NCBI GenBank assembly: GCA_000320545.1
Contig: ADNK01000004.1
Location: forward strand, 1 to 64,000
Reading direction: 5' to 3'
Origin: Bigelowiella natans CCMP2755
Taxonomy: Eukaryota > Protista > Cercozoa
DNA: 64,000 nt
Position numbers and translations under genes: made by a program. The notes beneath the pieces were generated by a model. It did not search any database, was not told the DNA's origin, and worked only from the letters and a program-made list of their open reading frames with translations. This document shows, in pieces, positions 10,989 through 22,430 of the stretch (position 1 is its first letter; every line of letters starts with the position of its first letter).

Positions 10989-13142
10989 GGCAAATTGACT
11001 GACGCGCATGCACGCATGCACGTTTCCACAACGGGCAAACCGATGCATCATGCTGCGCATGCGATGCCTCTTCAATCAAGCAGGCCACCACATGCGTTGC
11101 CGCCATTGGAAGCTTGCACTCACTCGTGGTCGAGCTACAGGCTTGAATGCATGCAATGCATGCATGGGTAGGAAGCGCCAATGGCCGCAAAAACCTCCCG
11201 TTGCTTTGCACAATGTGCAACAGCTCCAGAATCGAACTCACTGGAACGCACGTGCAGTTCGATTCGGTGGCTCAGGGCACGGCCTGCCACGATGATCCTG
11301 CACAACCAGTTGCAATGCTTGAGTTGCACGGTGAGTGGCGATGCATGCTCGCACCTTCCGCTCGTTCTGCATGCGAACCGAACGGAAGTGCAGCCATCCG
11401 CTTCACCGTCAACTGCATCTACATCACTGATGTCAGAATGCATCACTCGTGACAGCTGACGCCACAATTACGAGGAGGAAAGCTCTCACGAAGAGCAGCC
11501 ATCCGCCTCCCCAATTTGCAAATTTGTTACCGAATTAATTTCGGTTTCGAAAAATTCGAAAAAATTCGAAATGCGAAATTGTAAAAAACAATCTTTGTGC
11601 ACTAAGCACTATTTCATTTTCTCAAAATGAGGTTGATCCCTACGAAAATGCAAAATGATCGCAAAAATGTAGGCGGTTATTACGCCAAGCGAGAAAAATG
11701 TCAGGAAAATATCCACACACTCACAAAAATACGAAGGTGGAATGGAAGGGAGAGAGGGGGGGGAGGGGGAAAGGAAAGGAAAAATCAAGGTGACCCCTAA
11801 CCCCCCTTCAAGTTGCAAATTGAGTGGCCTTTGTATTTTTTGTTGTGAACATCCTTCCTTTTGAAAGGAAAGGACTTGAACCAATTACTTTGTCTGTTTC
11901 GTTCTGTTCGCTACAATCAGTACGCGAACCAGAAGGATTTTCCTCCGGACCAAAGGTCCGTAAAGGAAATGCGGTGTGGGGAAGGTAATTGTTCAATGTT
12001 CTTTTTGCATTGGTGTCCTTTCTTCATCAAAGACAAGGATACAAACTAACTTGATTATTTTTCCTTTGCATATTCCAGCAAAAGGCGGGTTTCAATTTCG
12101 TGAAACCATCCGCCTCGCAAAGCGAAAAATTATCCGGGAAGAACCGGAAAGGTAGGAAACCAATAATCGCAGGGTGTAGTTAGCATCAAGCAACTACAGG
12201 TTCCTTTCTCTCCTTAATGCTTAACCGGAAAATTTATAATTCAATACCAGTTATAATGACCGAGTATTCTATTGTGTTCATAGGTTCGAACTGAGCCTGA
12301 AAACTAATTCTCAACAAGGTAATCCTTATCACTCGTAGGACACCACTGCAGATAGCAATGTTGAGTATATTACACATCGGGGTTAACCCGCATATATTTA
12401 TTAGTAGCGGTGTTGCTTAATTTAATACCAGCAACACCCTACAAATTCTATAGATTTTATATAGGCTCACAGTTGCATGATTAACATGCCAACTGTAGCT
12501 CTATAGAATGATATTCTTTTGATATAAGCCAGCTTATTGCTGCATGTAGTAATGTATTGAAACCAGCCATATAACTGAACACTTATTGTGTCAGTATTAG
12601 CTCGGTATATAACTATAATTATAATATATCAGCTATGCTGCATACACTATAATTTCATAGTTCCTATTAAGTATAGAACATATATCAGCGTTAATTGCTG
12701 CATATATTTCAGATGTTAATATAACAGTTAATACAACTGTATGTATTCTATAGCGATACTTACTGTAGTAAAGTATTACAAGTAATGTGTCCTATAATTT
12801 ATAGGTTTGTCTTGGACGCCTCCCCAGCAGCAGCAAGTGCTCCCCCCAGCCGCAGAGGCTAACGCCTCCCGAGCTGGAGAAGCTTGAGGCTTATGGGGGT
12901 TAGCATAACACCCCATACGGTATGTATGTTAACCATTACACACCGTGATAGACACCTATATATATAATATATATATATTATAGGTAGTGGAGGAGAAGCC
13001 TGGCGTCACGTATTAAGCGTCGACGCCAGCAACCATATAGTAGGACTATTCCAGCTTAACGTCACGTATTAAACGTCGACGTAGGCTAAAGCCATGTCCC
13101 TAGGAGGCGACATGCGCCGGCTTAACCGGCCCCATAGAGGTA

Positions 13143-16100
13143 CTACTTAGTACGTATGTTAGCGTAGAACTTCTGGCAACATGCCAGTGTCGGTGTTCGC
13201 CCTATAGGTTTAGTCAATATATCTGCAGGTTGTTCCTTGCCAGATATATGATATAATCGTATAACGTCATCACGTATGAGTTGTCTAACGTTATGGTACG
13301 CAACTCTTATTGACTTAGACTTCTTTGTAAAGCCAGGGTTGGTGGCTATTCGGATGGCAGGCTGGCAGTCTTCAAATACAGGTATTTTCATTAATATTTT
13401 CTTGTTAGGCTCGAAGCCTAATTCTTTAACTAACTGCGTAGCATATACTATATCACGCCCTAGCTGAGACATACTCATGTACTCAGCTTCGGCTATGTGA
13501 TTAGCTACCACAGTCTGTCTGTGTGAGCCGTATAATACAGGGCCACCGCAGAACTGTAAGAAGTAACCTGATCTGCTTTTGCCATCCTTCTCAGTCATGT
13601 GAGTAGCATCGGCGTATCCCTCGAAGCCTCGCTCAGGTCGGTTGTAGCATATTTTATAGTGTTTAGTATTTAGTAAATACTTCATAACCCTATACGCCAT
13701 TTTCAAGTGGCTTTCCCTTGGGTCCTGCGAATGTACTGCCAGTAGCGATAAGGCCGCGACTATGTCCGGTCGTGTAGCTACTGCAACGTATAAACAGGCA
13801 CCAATGACTGACCTAAATAATGTTTGATCTACTTTAGGTTCACTGCTACAGTCCTTCCTTATATCCATCGGAATCGGAGTCCGGGCGCGCTTAGAAGGTA
13901 AGATTTTAAATCTTTCACACATCTTCGTGATGTATTTTTCTTGACAGACAGAGTAACAACCTCTGCTGTCTCTTTCTATCTGTAAACCTAAGCACTCTTG
14001 CACTGGGCCAAGATAGTGCATTTCGTATTCCTTCTTTAAATTTTCAACAACGTAGTCTTTATCTTTCTCGTTTTGAAAACATAGAAGGGTATCGTCTACG
14101 TAGATGCCCACTATAACTTTTCTATCTTCTCCTCTGTCTAACACAAATAAGCATGGGTCTGTCTCCATTTGTTTGAAACCCATCTTAGTGAGAGACCTTA
14201 CGAATGTTCGGTTCCATATGTATGCTGATTGTTTTAGACCGTAGATAGATTTATTTAACTGACAGGCTGCATTAGCCCTGTCATTCATAATCTCTTCTTC
14301 TTGTTTACTCCTACAATCTCCTTTTTCTAACCCATCAGGTATCTCAAGGTAGACATCGGCGTCAATCTGGCCGTAGAGGTAAGCTGTACGTATGTCTATG
14401 TTGTGTATCATTAGCTTGTATCTGGAGCACAACGCTAATAGTATACGTAGAGATGCCTGTGAGAGAGTCGGTGCATACGAGCGAAACCATTCAACGCCTC
14501 GGCGTTGATCGAATCCTCTTGCCACCATACGAGACTTGTAGCGAATAGACCCGTCAGGGTTTAGTTTCTTTTTAAATACCCATTTAGTAGAAACTAACTT
14601 ACCTTTCGGTCGTCTAACTATGTCCCATGTATGTCTCTTAACTAACGATCTAATTTCATCCTTTATTGATGGTAACCAATACTTCTTCTCAGGTCCAGTA
14701 ACAGCCTCGCGGAAGGTTTTAGGTATGTCTAATATATCATGTACAGACACATCAACATCCTTTAATATAACCTCCCCGGTGCTTTGATCAAGAGCGGCGA
14801 ACATACGTTCCGCCGTTCTTATCTTGTCATATTCTAATCGTGGATGTTTGTACTCTTCAGCGAATAAGCTATTGCCAGCATGGGCAACAGAGGTAATACA
14901 CTGCTCTTCATCCTGCATGGCCTGAAAATCCATTAGAGCATAGACGCCGTAGTTACGGCCTATCATAGCCGGAGGCACGTTCTTATTAGATCTCTTAGAG
15001 ACTCTAGTAGGTAGTTGAGGTGCCTCCTTACGCTTATGCTTTGCTTTGTCTATCTCAGGCGCAGTTGAAGAACTCATTCCCCCCGTGGATATCGGCAGCT
15101 TTATAGGTAAAGGTAACGTAGTGTCTGCTCTCTCCTCACTATCATCCTTCTTAGTAGCGATGGTAGCTGATGATGATGATGATGACATCGCATCTATCTT
15201 CTTAGCGAGAGTACTCAGCGTATCATGTAATGCTTTAATGAAATCCATTACATTAGTAATGTTTGTACTAGAAGAAGATTCTAATTCATCTCTCTTCTTA
15301 CTCGCAGGAACCTCGCCTTTATCCATCTCGACATCAGAGTCCTCAGGATCCCGATATTGAGGTAACTGTTGTCTTAGAGTAGCAGAGCGAAACACACTTT
15401 GATACCACTTATCCACATTCGCTTTTTCTATGATTTTACCGGTATCGGTACTGACTATGTACGTGCCATGTCTCGTATCATATCCGAGCATGCGTACATA
15501 CTGTCCAGTATCCTCTAACCGTGACCTTTTGCGCAATTGTTTATCCACCGATAGTACACCGATACAGCCAAACACCACTAAATTACTCAGGTCTGGCTTC
15601 TTCTTGTAATAGAGCTCGTAGGGAGTCTTCGTGTTATCGGCAGAGTGAGGTATTCGATTCATAGTGTAGATCACATAATCTAACGCGTAACACCAATACC
15701 GTAACGATATACCGCATTGCTTTATTATCGTACGTATTTTAGTCGTCACCGTTTGTATCGCTCTCTCAGACATTCCGTTCTGTTCTGGCGTTCGCGGCGT
15801 ACTAGGATTAAAGGTAATACCGTTCTTGTCTAGAAATTTCTGTAGCGAAGTAGCCGTAAATTCGGAGCCATTATCCGAACGGAATTCTACAATGTGCGAC
15901 CCGTATGCGTTTTTATGCTTGCGCAATATACTGCGCGTAAGCGCCGGTATTTGCGATTTCTTTTTAGCCTTAGCCGCGGTTATTCTACGTGTACCTTCGT
16001 GTACGTATACCACGAAGTACTTGTAACCGCGCACGCTACGCATTAAGCTTTTAGTGTCCGCGTGCATACGTTCGCTTTGGGCCGAGGTTGCTCCTGGCAC

Positions 16101-17960
16101 ACCTCGCCTTGCGCGTTTAGTGTTAGTCATATCACATGCTGCACAATTTATCTTTTTCAACTGATTAGGAGTTTTTAATCCAGTTGAACATTTTGCAACT
16201 TGTGATATTTTAGGTCGATTATAGTGTAGCAGCTTTCTGTGAAGCTCCACGGTATCATCCATTTGATTATAGACCTGATCGACAGTACACTCAGGTACTT
16301 CGACACCACACGATACATCAATATCATATGACTGTATGTTGGTTGATTTTCTATTGTTGAGCATATTATGATTATCATCCAATACGGCATGATATAATCG
16401 ATTTTTCATCTTGAAATGCATAATAGGCTCATTGTTTTTGAATACCAGGGTCTGGCCATTCGCGGTTTCTATACGACAACCGATTCTATCAATCTTTGAT
16501 TGGGATATACAAGACAAAGAAGAATCAGGTGAGTATAACACTCCACTCAGCATTCCCCTTTTCTTTTTACCCGAGGGGAGTACGAAAGTTATTGGAACTC
16601 TCCCCTTGTGTGTTGCAGTATGGGTAACACCCTTCTTGCCAACACTCACTTTTCTTTTATTCAAGAGAGGGAGTAGGTGAGAGAAATATTTTTTATTATT
16701 GAAAATGTGCGTAGTTGCACCATTATCAAGTATTATTAGATTTTTAGTATCACATTCCGTGCTCTGCATGTAACAACCTCTCCCGAATAAATCATCTTCG
16801 TCCTCTGAGGAGCCGTATTCCTCATATTTTTTATTCTTTGTTTCCTGCTGCACGTACATCGCCTCCTTCTTACTCTTCTTATCCTTTTTACATTTTTCTA
16901 GGACGGCGTTGTACTGCTTCTCGGTCAGGTCGTCAATGTAATAGCATTCGCGTGCATAGTGTCCTTTCTTGCCACACGAATAACATACCACATCCTTTTT
17001 CGCCTTTTTGTGATTATTCTGCTGATCCTTTTTGTGATTATTATTGTAGGATCGCTTCCTTCCACCACGCCCTCGGCCTCGGCGTCCGCGTCCTCCTCTA
17101 CCGCGAGAACCGCGCGACCCTCTGCCTCGTCCGCGCTGGTAATAATTATTATTATTATGATGATACTGGTTTCCCTGATAATTCATCATTTCTTGCGCCG
17201 GACGCTTTCTAACGTAAATCCTCTTTACTTCTGCCTGCATGTGGTTCTTCTCCTGTCCGTCTCTATTAGTAGCCATCCTTTTAGCACTGAGTAGATCTCG
17301 TAGCTGTTCCATGGTATCTTTTAGTTTTTTATTGTTAGCCGTAGCCAGGCTATACACGATAGCCTTATATTTCTTCTTTGGTTTTAACCCATTTATGAAA
17401 CAGGTTATCTGCATCTGCTCGCTGACAGGCTGGTTCGCGTTGGCCAGCCTTCCGCAGATGGTAACGAATTTAGAATAATATGCCTCTACGTCGTGATCGA
17501 AATTTTCGATGGAGGCTTGTTGTAGGCTACTATTCAACTCATGCATGGACGCGTTATCGGTAGGCTTGAACCTCTCCGTTAGACGAGCCCAGGCGACAGC
17601 TGCAAGGCCTCCGGAGTTATCGAGTAGGTGTTGGTGGGCGGAGTGTACAGTTAGACAAATCGCGGCGTAGGCCCTCACATTGGCCTCATCGTCGGCGCTC
17701 GTAGCAGGTACACCTCCGCGCCAGATTTTAGCTTCGGTCTCGCTAATCCGGGCCACCTCCCTGCAGTACTCCGGATTCTTAATCACGTTGATAAGTTTCG
17801 CCGGCCTGTTAGCCGTGGTCGATGGTTTCGCCATTTCGAAACAATCGATCATGTTTTCGGCCGCGAAAACAGCTTTCATCGTGAAGGCGTAATGGTTGAA
17901 GTTGCTACCTGACCTAGTCAGGTGAATCTTGGCTTTGCTCAGAAAAGACAACTGGGACAT
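13143..17960 (-). CDS. Copia Gag-Pol polyprotein, single uninterrupted ORF (~1605 aa from ATG 17960)
   Basis: CCHC knuckle CYSCGKKGHYAREC; protease ILDNGATTH; integrase HADT...SDNGSEF...QNGMSER; RT KSRMVARGF, YGLKQS, IYVDD; RNase H YADA...EAEY...EDCQ...ADILTK. Confidence 0.96.
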   Translation of the reverse strand: MSQLSFLSKAKIHLTRSGSNFNHYAFTMKAVFAAENMIDCFEMAKPSTTANRPAKLINVIKNPEYCREVARISETEAKIWRGGVPATSADDEANVRAYAAICLTVHSAHQHLLDNSGGLAAVAWARLTERFKPTDNASMHELNSSLQQASIENFDHDVEAYYSKFVTICGRLANANQPVSEQMQITCFINGLKPKKKYKAIVYSLATANNKKLKDTMEQLRDLLSAKRMATNRDGQEKNHMQAEVKRIYVRKRPAQEMMNYQGNQYHHNNNNYYQRGRGRGSRGSRGRGGRGRRGRGRGGRKRSYNNNHKKDQQNNHKKAKKDVVCYSCGKKGHYARECYYIDDLTEKQYNAVLEKCKKDKKSKKEAMYVQQETKNKKYEEYGSSEDEDDLFGRGCYMQSTECDTKNLIILDNGATTHIFNNKKYFSHLLPLLNKRKVSVGKKGVTHTATHKGRVPITFVLPSGKKKRGMLSGVLYSPDSSLSCISQSKIDRIGCRIETANGQTLVFKNNEPIMHFKMKNRLYHAVLDDNHNMLNNRKSTNIQSYDIDVSCGVEVPECTVDQVYNQMDDTVELHRKLLHYNRPKISQVAKCSTGLKTPNQLKKINCAACDMTNTKRARRGVPGATSAQSERMHADTKSLMRSVRGYKYFVVYVHEGTRRITAAKAKKKSQIPALTRSILRKHKNAYGSHIVEFRSDNGSEFTATSLQKFLDKNGITFNPSTPRTPEQNGMSERAIQTVTTKIRTIIKQCGISLRYWCYALDYVIYTMNRIPHSADNTKTPYELYYKKKPDLSNLVVFGCIGVLSVDKQLRKRSRLEDTGQYVRMLGYDTRHGTYIVSTDTGKIIEKANVDKWYQSVFRSATLRQQLPQYRDPEDSDVEMDKGEVPASKKRDELESSSSTNITNVMDFIKALHDTLSTLAKKIDAMSSSSSSATIATKKDDSEERADTTLPLPIKLPISTGGMSSSTAPEIDKAKHKRKEAPQLPTRVSKRSNKNVPPAMIGRNYGVYALMDFQAMQDEEQCITSVAHAGNSLFAEEYKHPRLEYDKIRTAERMFAALDQSTGEVILKDVDVSVHDILDIPKTFREAVTGPEKKYWLPSIKDEIRSLVKRHTWDIVRRPKGKLVSTKWVFKKKLNPDGSIRYKSRMVARGFDQRRGVEWFRSYAPTLSQASLRILLALCSRYKLMIHNIDIRTAYLYGQIDADVYLEIPDGLEKGDCRSKQEEEIMNDRANAACQLNKSIYGLKQSAYIWNRTFVRSLTKMGFKQMETDPCLFVLDRGEDRKVIVGIYVDDTLLCFQNEKDKDYVVENLKKEYEMHYLGPVQECLGLQIERDSRGCYSVCQEKYITKMCERFKILPSKRARTPIPMDIRKDCSSEPKVDQTLFRSVIGACLYVAVATRPDIVAALSLLAVHSQDPRESHLKMAYRVMKYLLNTKHYKICYNRPERGFEGYADATHMTEKDGKSRSGYFLQFCGGPVLYGSHRQTVVANHIAEAEYMSMSQLGRDIVYATQLVKELGFEPNKKILMKIPVFEDCQPAIRIATNPGFTKKSKSIRVAYHNVRQLIRDDVIRLYHISGKEQPADILTKPIGRTPTLACCQKFYANIRTK

Positions 17961-18000
17961 GATTGCTCGCAATTCTCGTTGGCAAACTTTTCTCACTTTG

Positions 18001-18012
18001 AGGCTCTTGACC
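18001..18012 (-). other. Primer binding site, half-tRNA type (probably tRNA-Lys CUU)
   Basis: Minus-strand GGTCAAGAGCCT directly follows the 5' LTR. It matches the complement of the tRNA-Lys(CUU) anticodon arm AGGCTCTTAACC (plant-type sequence, recalled) at 11 of 12 positions. Confidence 0.6.
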
Positions 18013-18384
18013 TGTTGGAGGGCTGGGTGCGGTGCGATGTGCGCGCAGTGAGCAAAAGCTAGCAAACGAGCAGGTAGCGGTGTTCAGATTGAACTGTGAG
18101 GTCATCATGCGAGGGTTGACCGCCCTCTGACAAGTGTCAAGCTTGTCATCAGTCACACGTGATTGCATTGGGTTTCTAGGCCGCGACAAGGCTAGTCCTT
18201 GTCGTGCGACATGCGTGTGCATTCCTTGTCGCGGCAGGCTGAAGCGTCACGGCAATGCTTGTCGCACCTGTGCCGCTTCACCTGCTGCTACGTGCACAGT
18301 TAATTTGCTAATTTCCTCGGTTCATGCTCGCTTGCATGTTGACTACATGCATGTCAAACTTGCGCGAACATGGGAGCATCAACA
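18013..18384 (-). repeat. 5' LTR of the copia element
   Basis: Identical by eye to 10604-10975; TG...CA ends. Confidence 0.95.
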
Positions 18385-19579
18385 ACGTGCACCATCGTTT
18401 TCAACCAGCACGATGCGCACGAGTGTGTTGCGTGCTCGCACGTCCAGACGTTTCTGCTCCTGCTGACCTGCCTGCTGGCCTGGCTGTGATGAGAGCATCG
18501 GCCACCAGGCTGGCTAGCTGGGTCGGGTTGCAACAATTGCTTTTCGAACAATCACTTTGTCGGACTTTGGAAGGCGTTTTCACGTTGCTCGTGCATTGCA
18601 ACCTGACGAACTCGCGCTGGAGTCGAGCTTTTCACTTGCTTGCGACGCGCAGGCTGGCGTTCTCTGGTGCCAGCAGCTGGAGCAGGTTGCGACCACGATC
18701 GTGCTCCTGCGGTGCGGCGCATTTCTGCGTCTCACTTGTCGCACGAAACACGAAACGTGAAAGAAGCATTGCACAAAAATCACGTGCGCCAGAACCATGC
18801 ACACGGGAGACCGGAGTTCACACACGCCAGCACGACAGAGCCTCAACAACACTCGTTGCAAGGACTTGTCAGCACCCTGTTGGTGATGAGTTGCACAACC
18901 AGCTGAATGATGACGTGCATCTGAGGAGCTGAAGGTGATGAGACAAAACTGGATGAACTGGTGCCAGGCTAGCAGGCTGCAGGGCAAGGCAGAGCTTTTC
19001 CCGTGCGTGAAGACATGGCTGAGAAGGCGCGCAAAGTGATGACATTGTCATTGCAATCAGCATGATGACGAGAAACAAGCTAGCAAGGTGACGAACCCTG
19101 TTCCAAAAACGCCAGAACGGTCTCTGATGTCAGACGTTCCTTGACAGGAAAACAAAAGGTGTTGCAGCAACCTGGCTAGCTGGCAACGCCAGAACGGCTC
19201 GCGGCGCGTGGTTCTTGCCTCCAAAGTGAACAATCAAGCAGTTGAGACCAAACGATGCAGTGCATGTCTTTACATTGCTCAAGTGCTGCACGCATCTCTG
19301 GATCTGGAGATGTCTGCTGAAGCAGGCTCTGAGCAATGGCTGCTCCAGTCCAGCTAGCTAGCAGTGCTGACAAGTGTTCAATCCGAGAACATTTTGTGTC
19401 AAATGAAAAAGAGCACGATGTCACCAAGCTTGTTTGTTTAGCAAATTTCACCCTGCGCCTGCTACATGCATGAAGTTGTCAAAGTAGAAATACGACTACT
19501 TCGCACATTCTTCTCCGTGTTCCTACTCATCAGCGAGCTCATGCACTAACAGCAGCTCCGCGTCAGCTCCACTATGAGA

Positions 19580-20626
19580 GGACAAGTTCGTCATCCTGTT
19601 TTTGAGACACACACACACGAGGAAACCACCAGTTTTCCTATCTTCAGCAGCCGTTCCAATAGCAAAAAAATGAACGGAATCTCTCTTTACGCATGGAGAT
19701 ATAAATCACAGCGTTTGTTTGACCTGGATCCGGTATTTTGTCGGCGGAAAGCCAGACTTTGCATAGATGGGCCAGGAGAGTGATGAGTAGAAGAATCTGA
19801 GATCACCGCACCACCACCACCGTTGCCTAAATATAAATAAAATACGCGCGTATTCACGTATCTATCATCTAACTTTCGATGCAGAGTATCTTACCGAGCA
19901 GAGCTTCGGCTTCGGACTGTCGGATCTGTGACACGCGTTCAATGATTATTGTCACGATGATGTTTCAATCCCCATTTAGTTTAGCAAATGCGTGCGTGTA
20001 TTTTCTTCTATTTCATTTCTATTCACGCTGCAATTATTTGGTAAAAAACGCTGGTCGCTCGCTCACTCGTGTAACCTCATTGCGAAGTTCCTGCAAGACA
20101 CCTTCTAGCTTCTTGTTCTCGCTCTCAAGAGTGGTGATATATCTGGGGGTAAGAATTGTAAGAAGATGAACATAGAAATAATATAATACAAGAAAACTGT
20201 TGCCATTAAAATCATCTGAGATGATGTTGTGTATCGTTGGACGCCATCAGTGATATGGAGGCTTTTGTGATACTTGATGTTTATGGTGTGCGTCTCGCAC
20301 TTACTCTGATCGCTCGTTGTGGGATCTATCAGCTTCATCGCACATCGACTGAGGAGGAGCAGAAGCAAAGAAAACTATCATTAGGAGTACATGTACAGTA
20401 AACATGCTGCTTTGGGGTGGCAGGTGAGTAATGACGGGTGGGGTGTTACTTCGCTTTTCAATCGATGCCGAGATTAATGCGGTCGGTGTATCTACTATTA
20501 CTACCACGACTACTTACTACTACCTTGAGCTTGTCTAAGTCGTTTCTGGTGTTAAGCTCATTGTGCATCTGGGCCCCGTCGACACTGAGAAGAAATACAC
20601 AAGAAAATACCTACTAAGGATACGAA

Positions 20627-20680
<54 letters not shown>

Positions 20681-22372
20681 TCAGTTATGACGATTTCACA
20701 TGCAAACAAATATAATGAACTTACTGACCGAAGCTGCAAGGCGTTTGCCTCCATCGTCACCTCTTCGTTACCGACATTTCCAGCTGCAGCACCAACCTAA
20801 ACAAACGTATGTTTCACATTCATGAACGGAAGAAGAGACCCTCCCGATTTCATCGATTTAACAAAAATAGCATAGGTACTGCTACCTCTCGCATTCGCTG
20901 AAGTTCCATCTTCTTCTCTTGTAGCTTCTCATTTGCCACTTTGTATCTGGTTCAAGGATAAAATAAGAAGAGGTGATGATGAAATTGAGAAAATGGACGC
21001 CAATTCAAAATTAGGATGACAGAAGGGGGTGGGGTGGGGGTGGGGGGGCAGAATCCTTACTTTTCACGATATCTGAGCTGGCGCTGACAGTAATAGAACA
21101 GACAGGTACATGCAGTAACACCGAAAATGACTCCCATAGCCACAAAGATCCAATATCTCTCCAGGACGTCTAAGTTTCCATCATCGAGCTCTTGCGGCCT
21201 GATGGATGATAATGACAATGACAGTAACAGCAGCCATTTGATTTAGAGTAATATCTGTGGAAAATAATGAGGAGGAAGATTCCTCAAATACACGAATGGT
21301 AAACCCCGGAGCCATTTTGTCCCCACCATTACACTGCCTGCTACTAACATAACAACCTGTCGGATCCAGGTGTGTATATTACGGCATACACCGTTCCATC
21401 GCCATCAATCTATGATATTGTGACAACATTTTCGTCAATAATAAGCAGCTAAACACCGTGAGAGGGGGGAGGAGCTTCCTGTAATCATCATCATCATCAT
21501 CATCATCATCATGATTTTACTGCACTCTTCCATCGCCCTTCTGAGATTGAATTGTGTATATGCTGATTGATGCAATGGAAGATAGATGGAACAACCGTGT
21601 CGCAGTAGCCCATCGACTGTGTGACGAGATTTCCGTCCTCGAATAGGATGGGATTGGCCTCGCGGTCCTCAAACAATGGATGCACACACCGCCACTCGCC
21701 TTCGATGATGTTTGCGCTTGCTAAACAGATATCAGCTGGGGAATGCGGGAACGTGCGGTCGATCCGTGCCGCAACAGTGATATTGAGCCGGAAACTGATG
21801 GATGGGGGCATGGGTCGGGTAGTAGAAGCAGGGAAATTCGAAGTTGAGTATCGTCGTTTTCGGATTTCACAAAACAACACAAAATGGAGTCTATGTTATT
21901 TCTGTGAACCTGTTGATATTAGGACTTCTCCAGCACCGGAATGCAGGAGAAATCACCGTTTGTGGGTACCGAATGAAATCGCCTATGCATTTATTTCGCA
22001 TCGGAGAAAGATGCCACATTAACTCATGAATAACACCAAATTTTCATGCGAGGTGGCGCGAAGGTAAGTGGCCGCAGCAATCTTTTGTTCTTTTATTCTT
22101 TACTCTTCTAGCATGTTACTCATCACCGAAGAAAGGCATCCATCCAGGCCTGATGAAGTTCTCGTACGTTCGCAGATCGGAGTCGGGAACCTGCGTGTGA
22201 GAACGTGCGTGAGTAATGAATGATCGCTATATCGTATCTGGAGCAGGCATCTGGCATGGCTACTTTTTAAGAAAGTTGCCCGATATTATGGCATTCTTTC
22301 TACCGGTCCGATGATGAGGAAGGTAGTATTGTCGTCGCTGACATCGAGCGCGCCAGCTGTATTACACACGCA

Positions 22373-22430
<58 letters not shown>

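Larger units (their letters stand above)
10604..18384 (-). mobile_element. Full-length Ty1/copia LTR retrotransposon (7.8 kb)
   Basis: Two 372-bp TGTT...AACA direct repeats flank a gag-pol ORF in copia domain order, with a PBS next to the 5' LTR and a PPT next to the 3' LTR. Confidence 0.97.

Noticed and set aside
9850-11470. Many overlapping 60-200 aa ORFs here and at 18.1-19.5 kb
   Set aside because: These are a by-product of TA loss, which removes TAA/TAG stops. The products are His/Cys/Ala-rich with no recognisable motifs.
12370-13140. Hairpin array as a CRISPR-like repeat-spacer locus
   Set aside because: There is no conserved repeat of constant length and period, no cas genes, and the context is a eukaryotic retroelement.
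17961-18065. N-terminal extension of the 1640-aa ORF
   Set aside because: It starts at a TTG inside the LTR and crosses the PBS. The likely start is ATG 17960.
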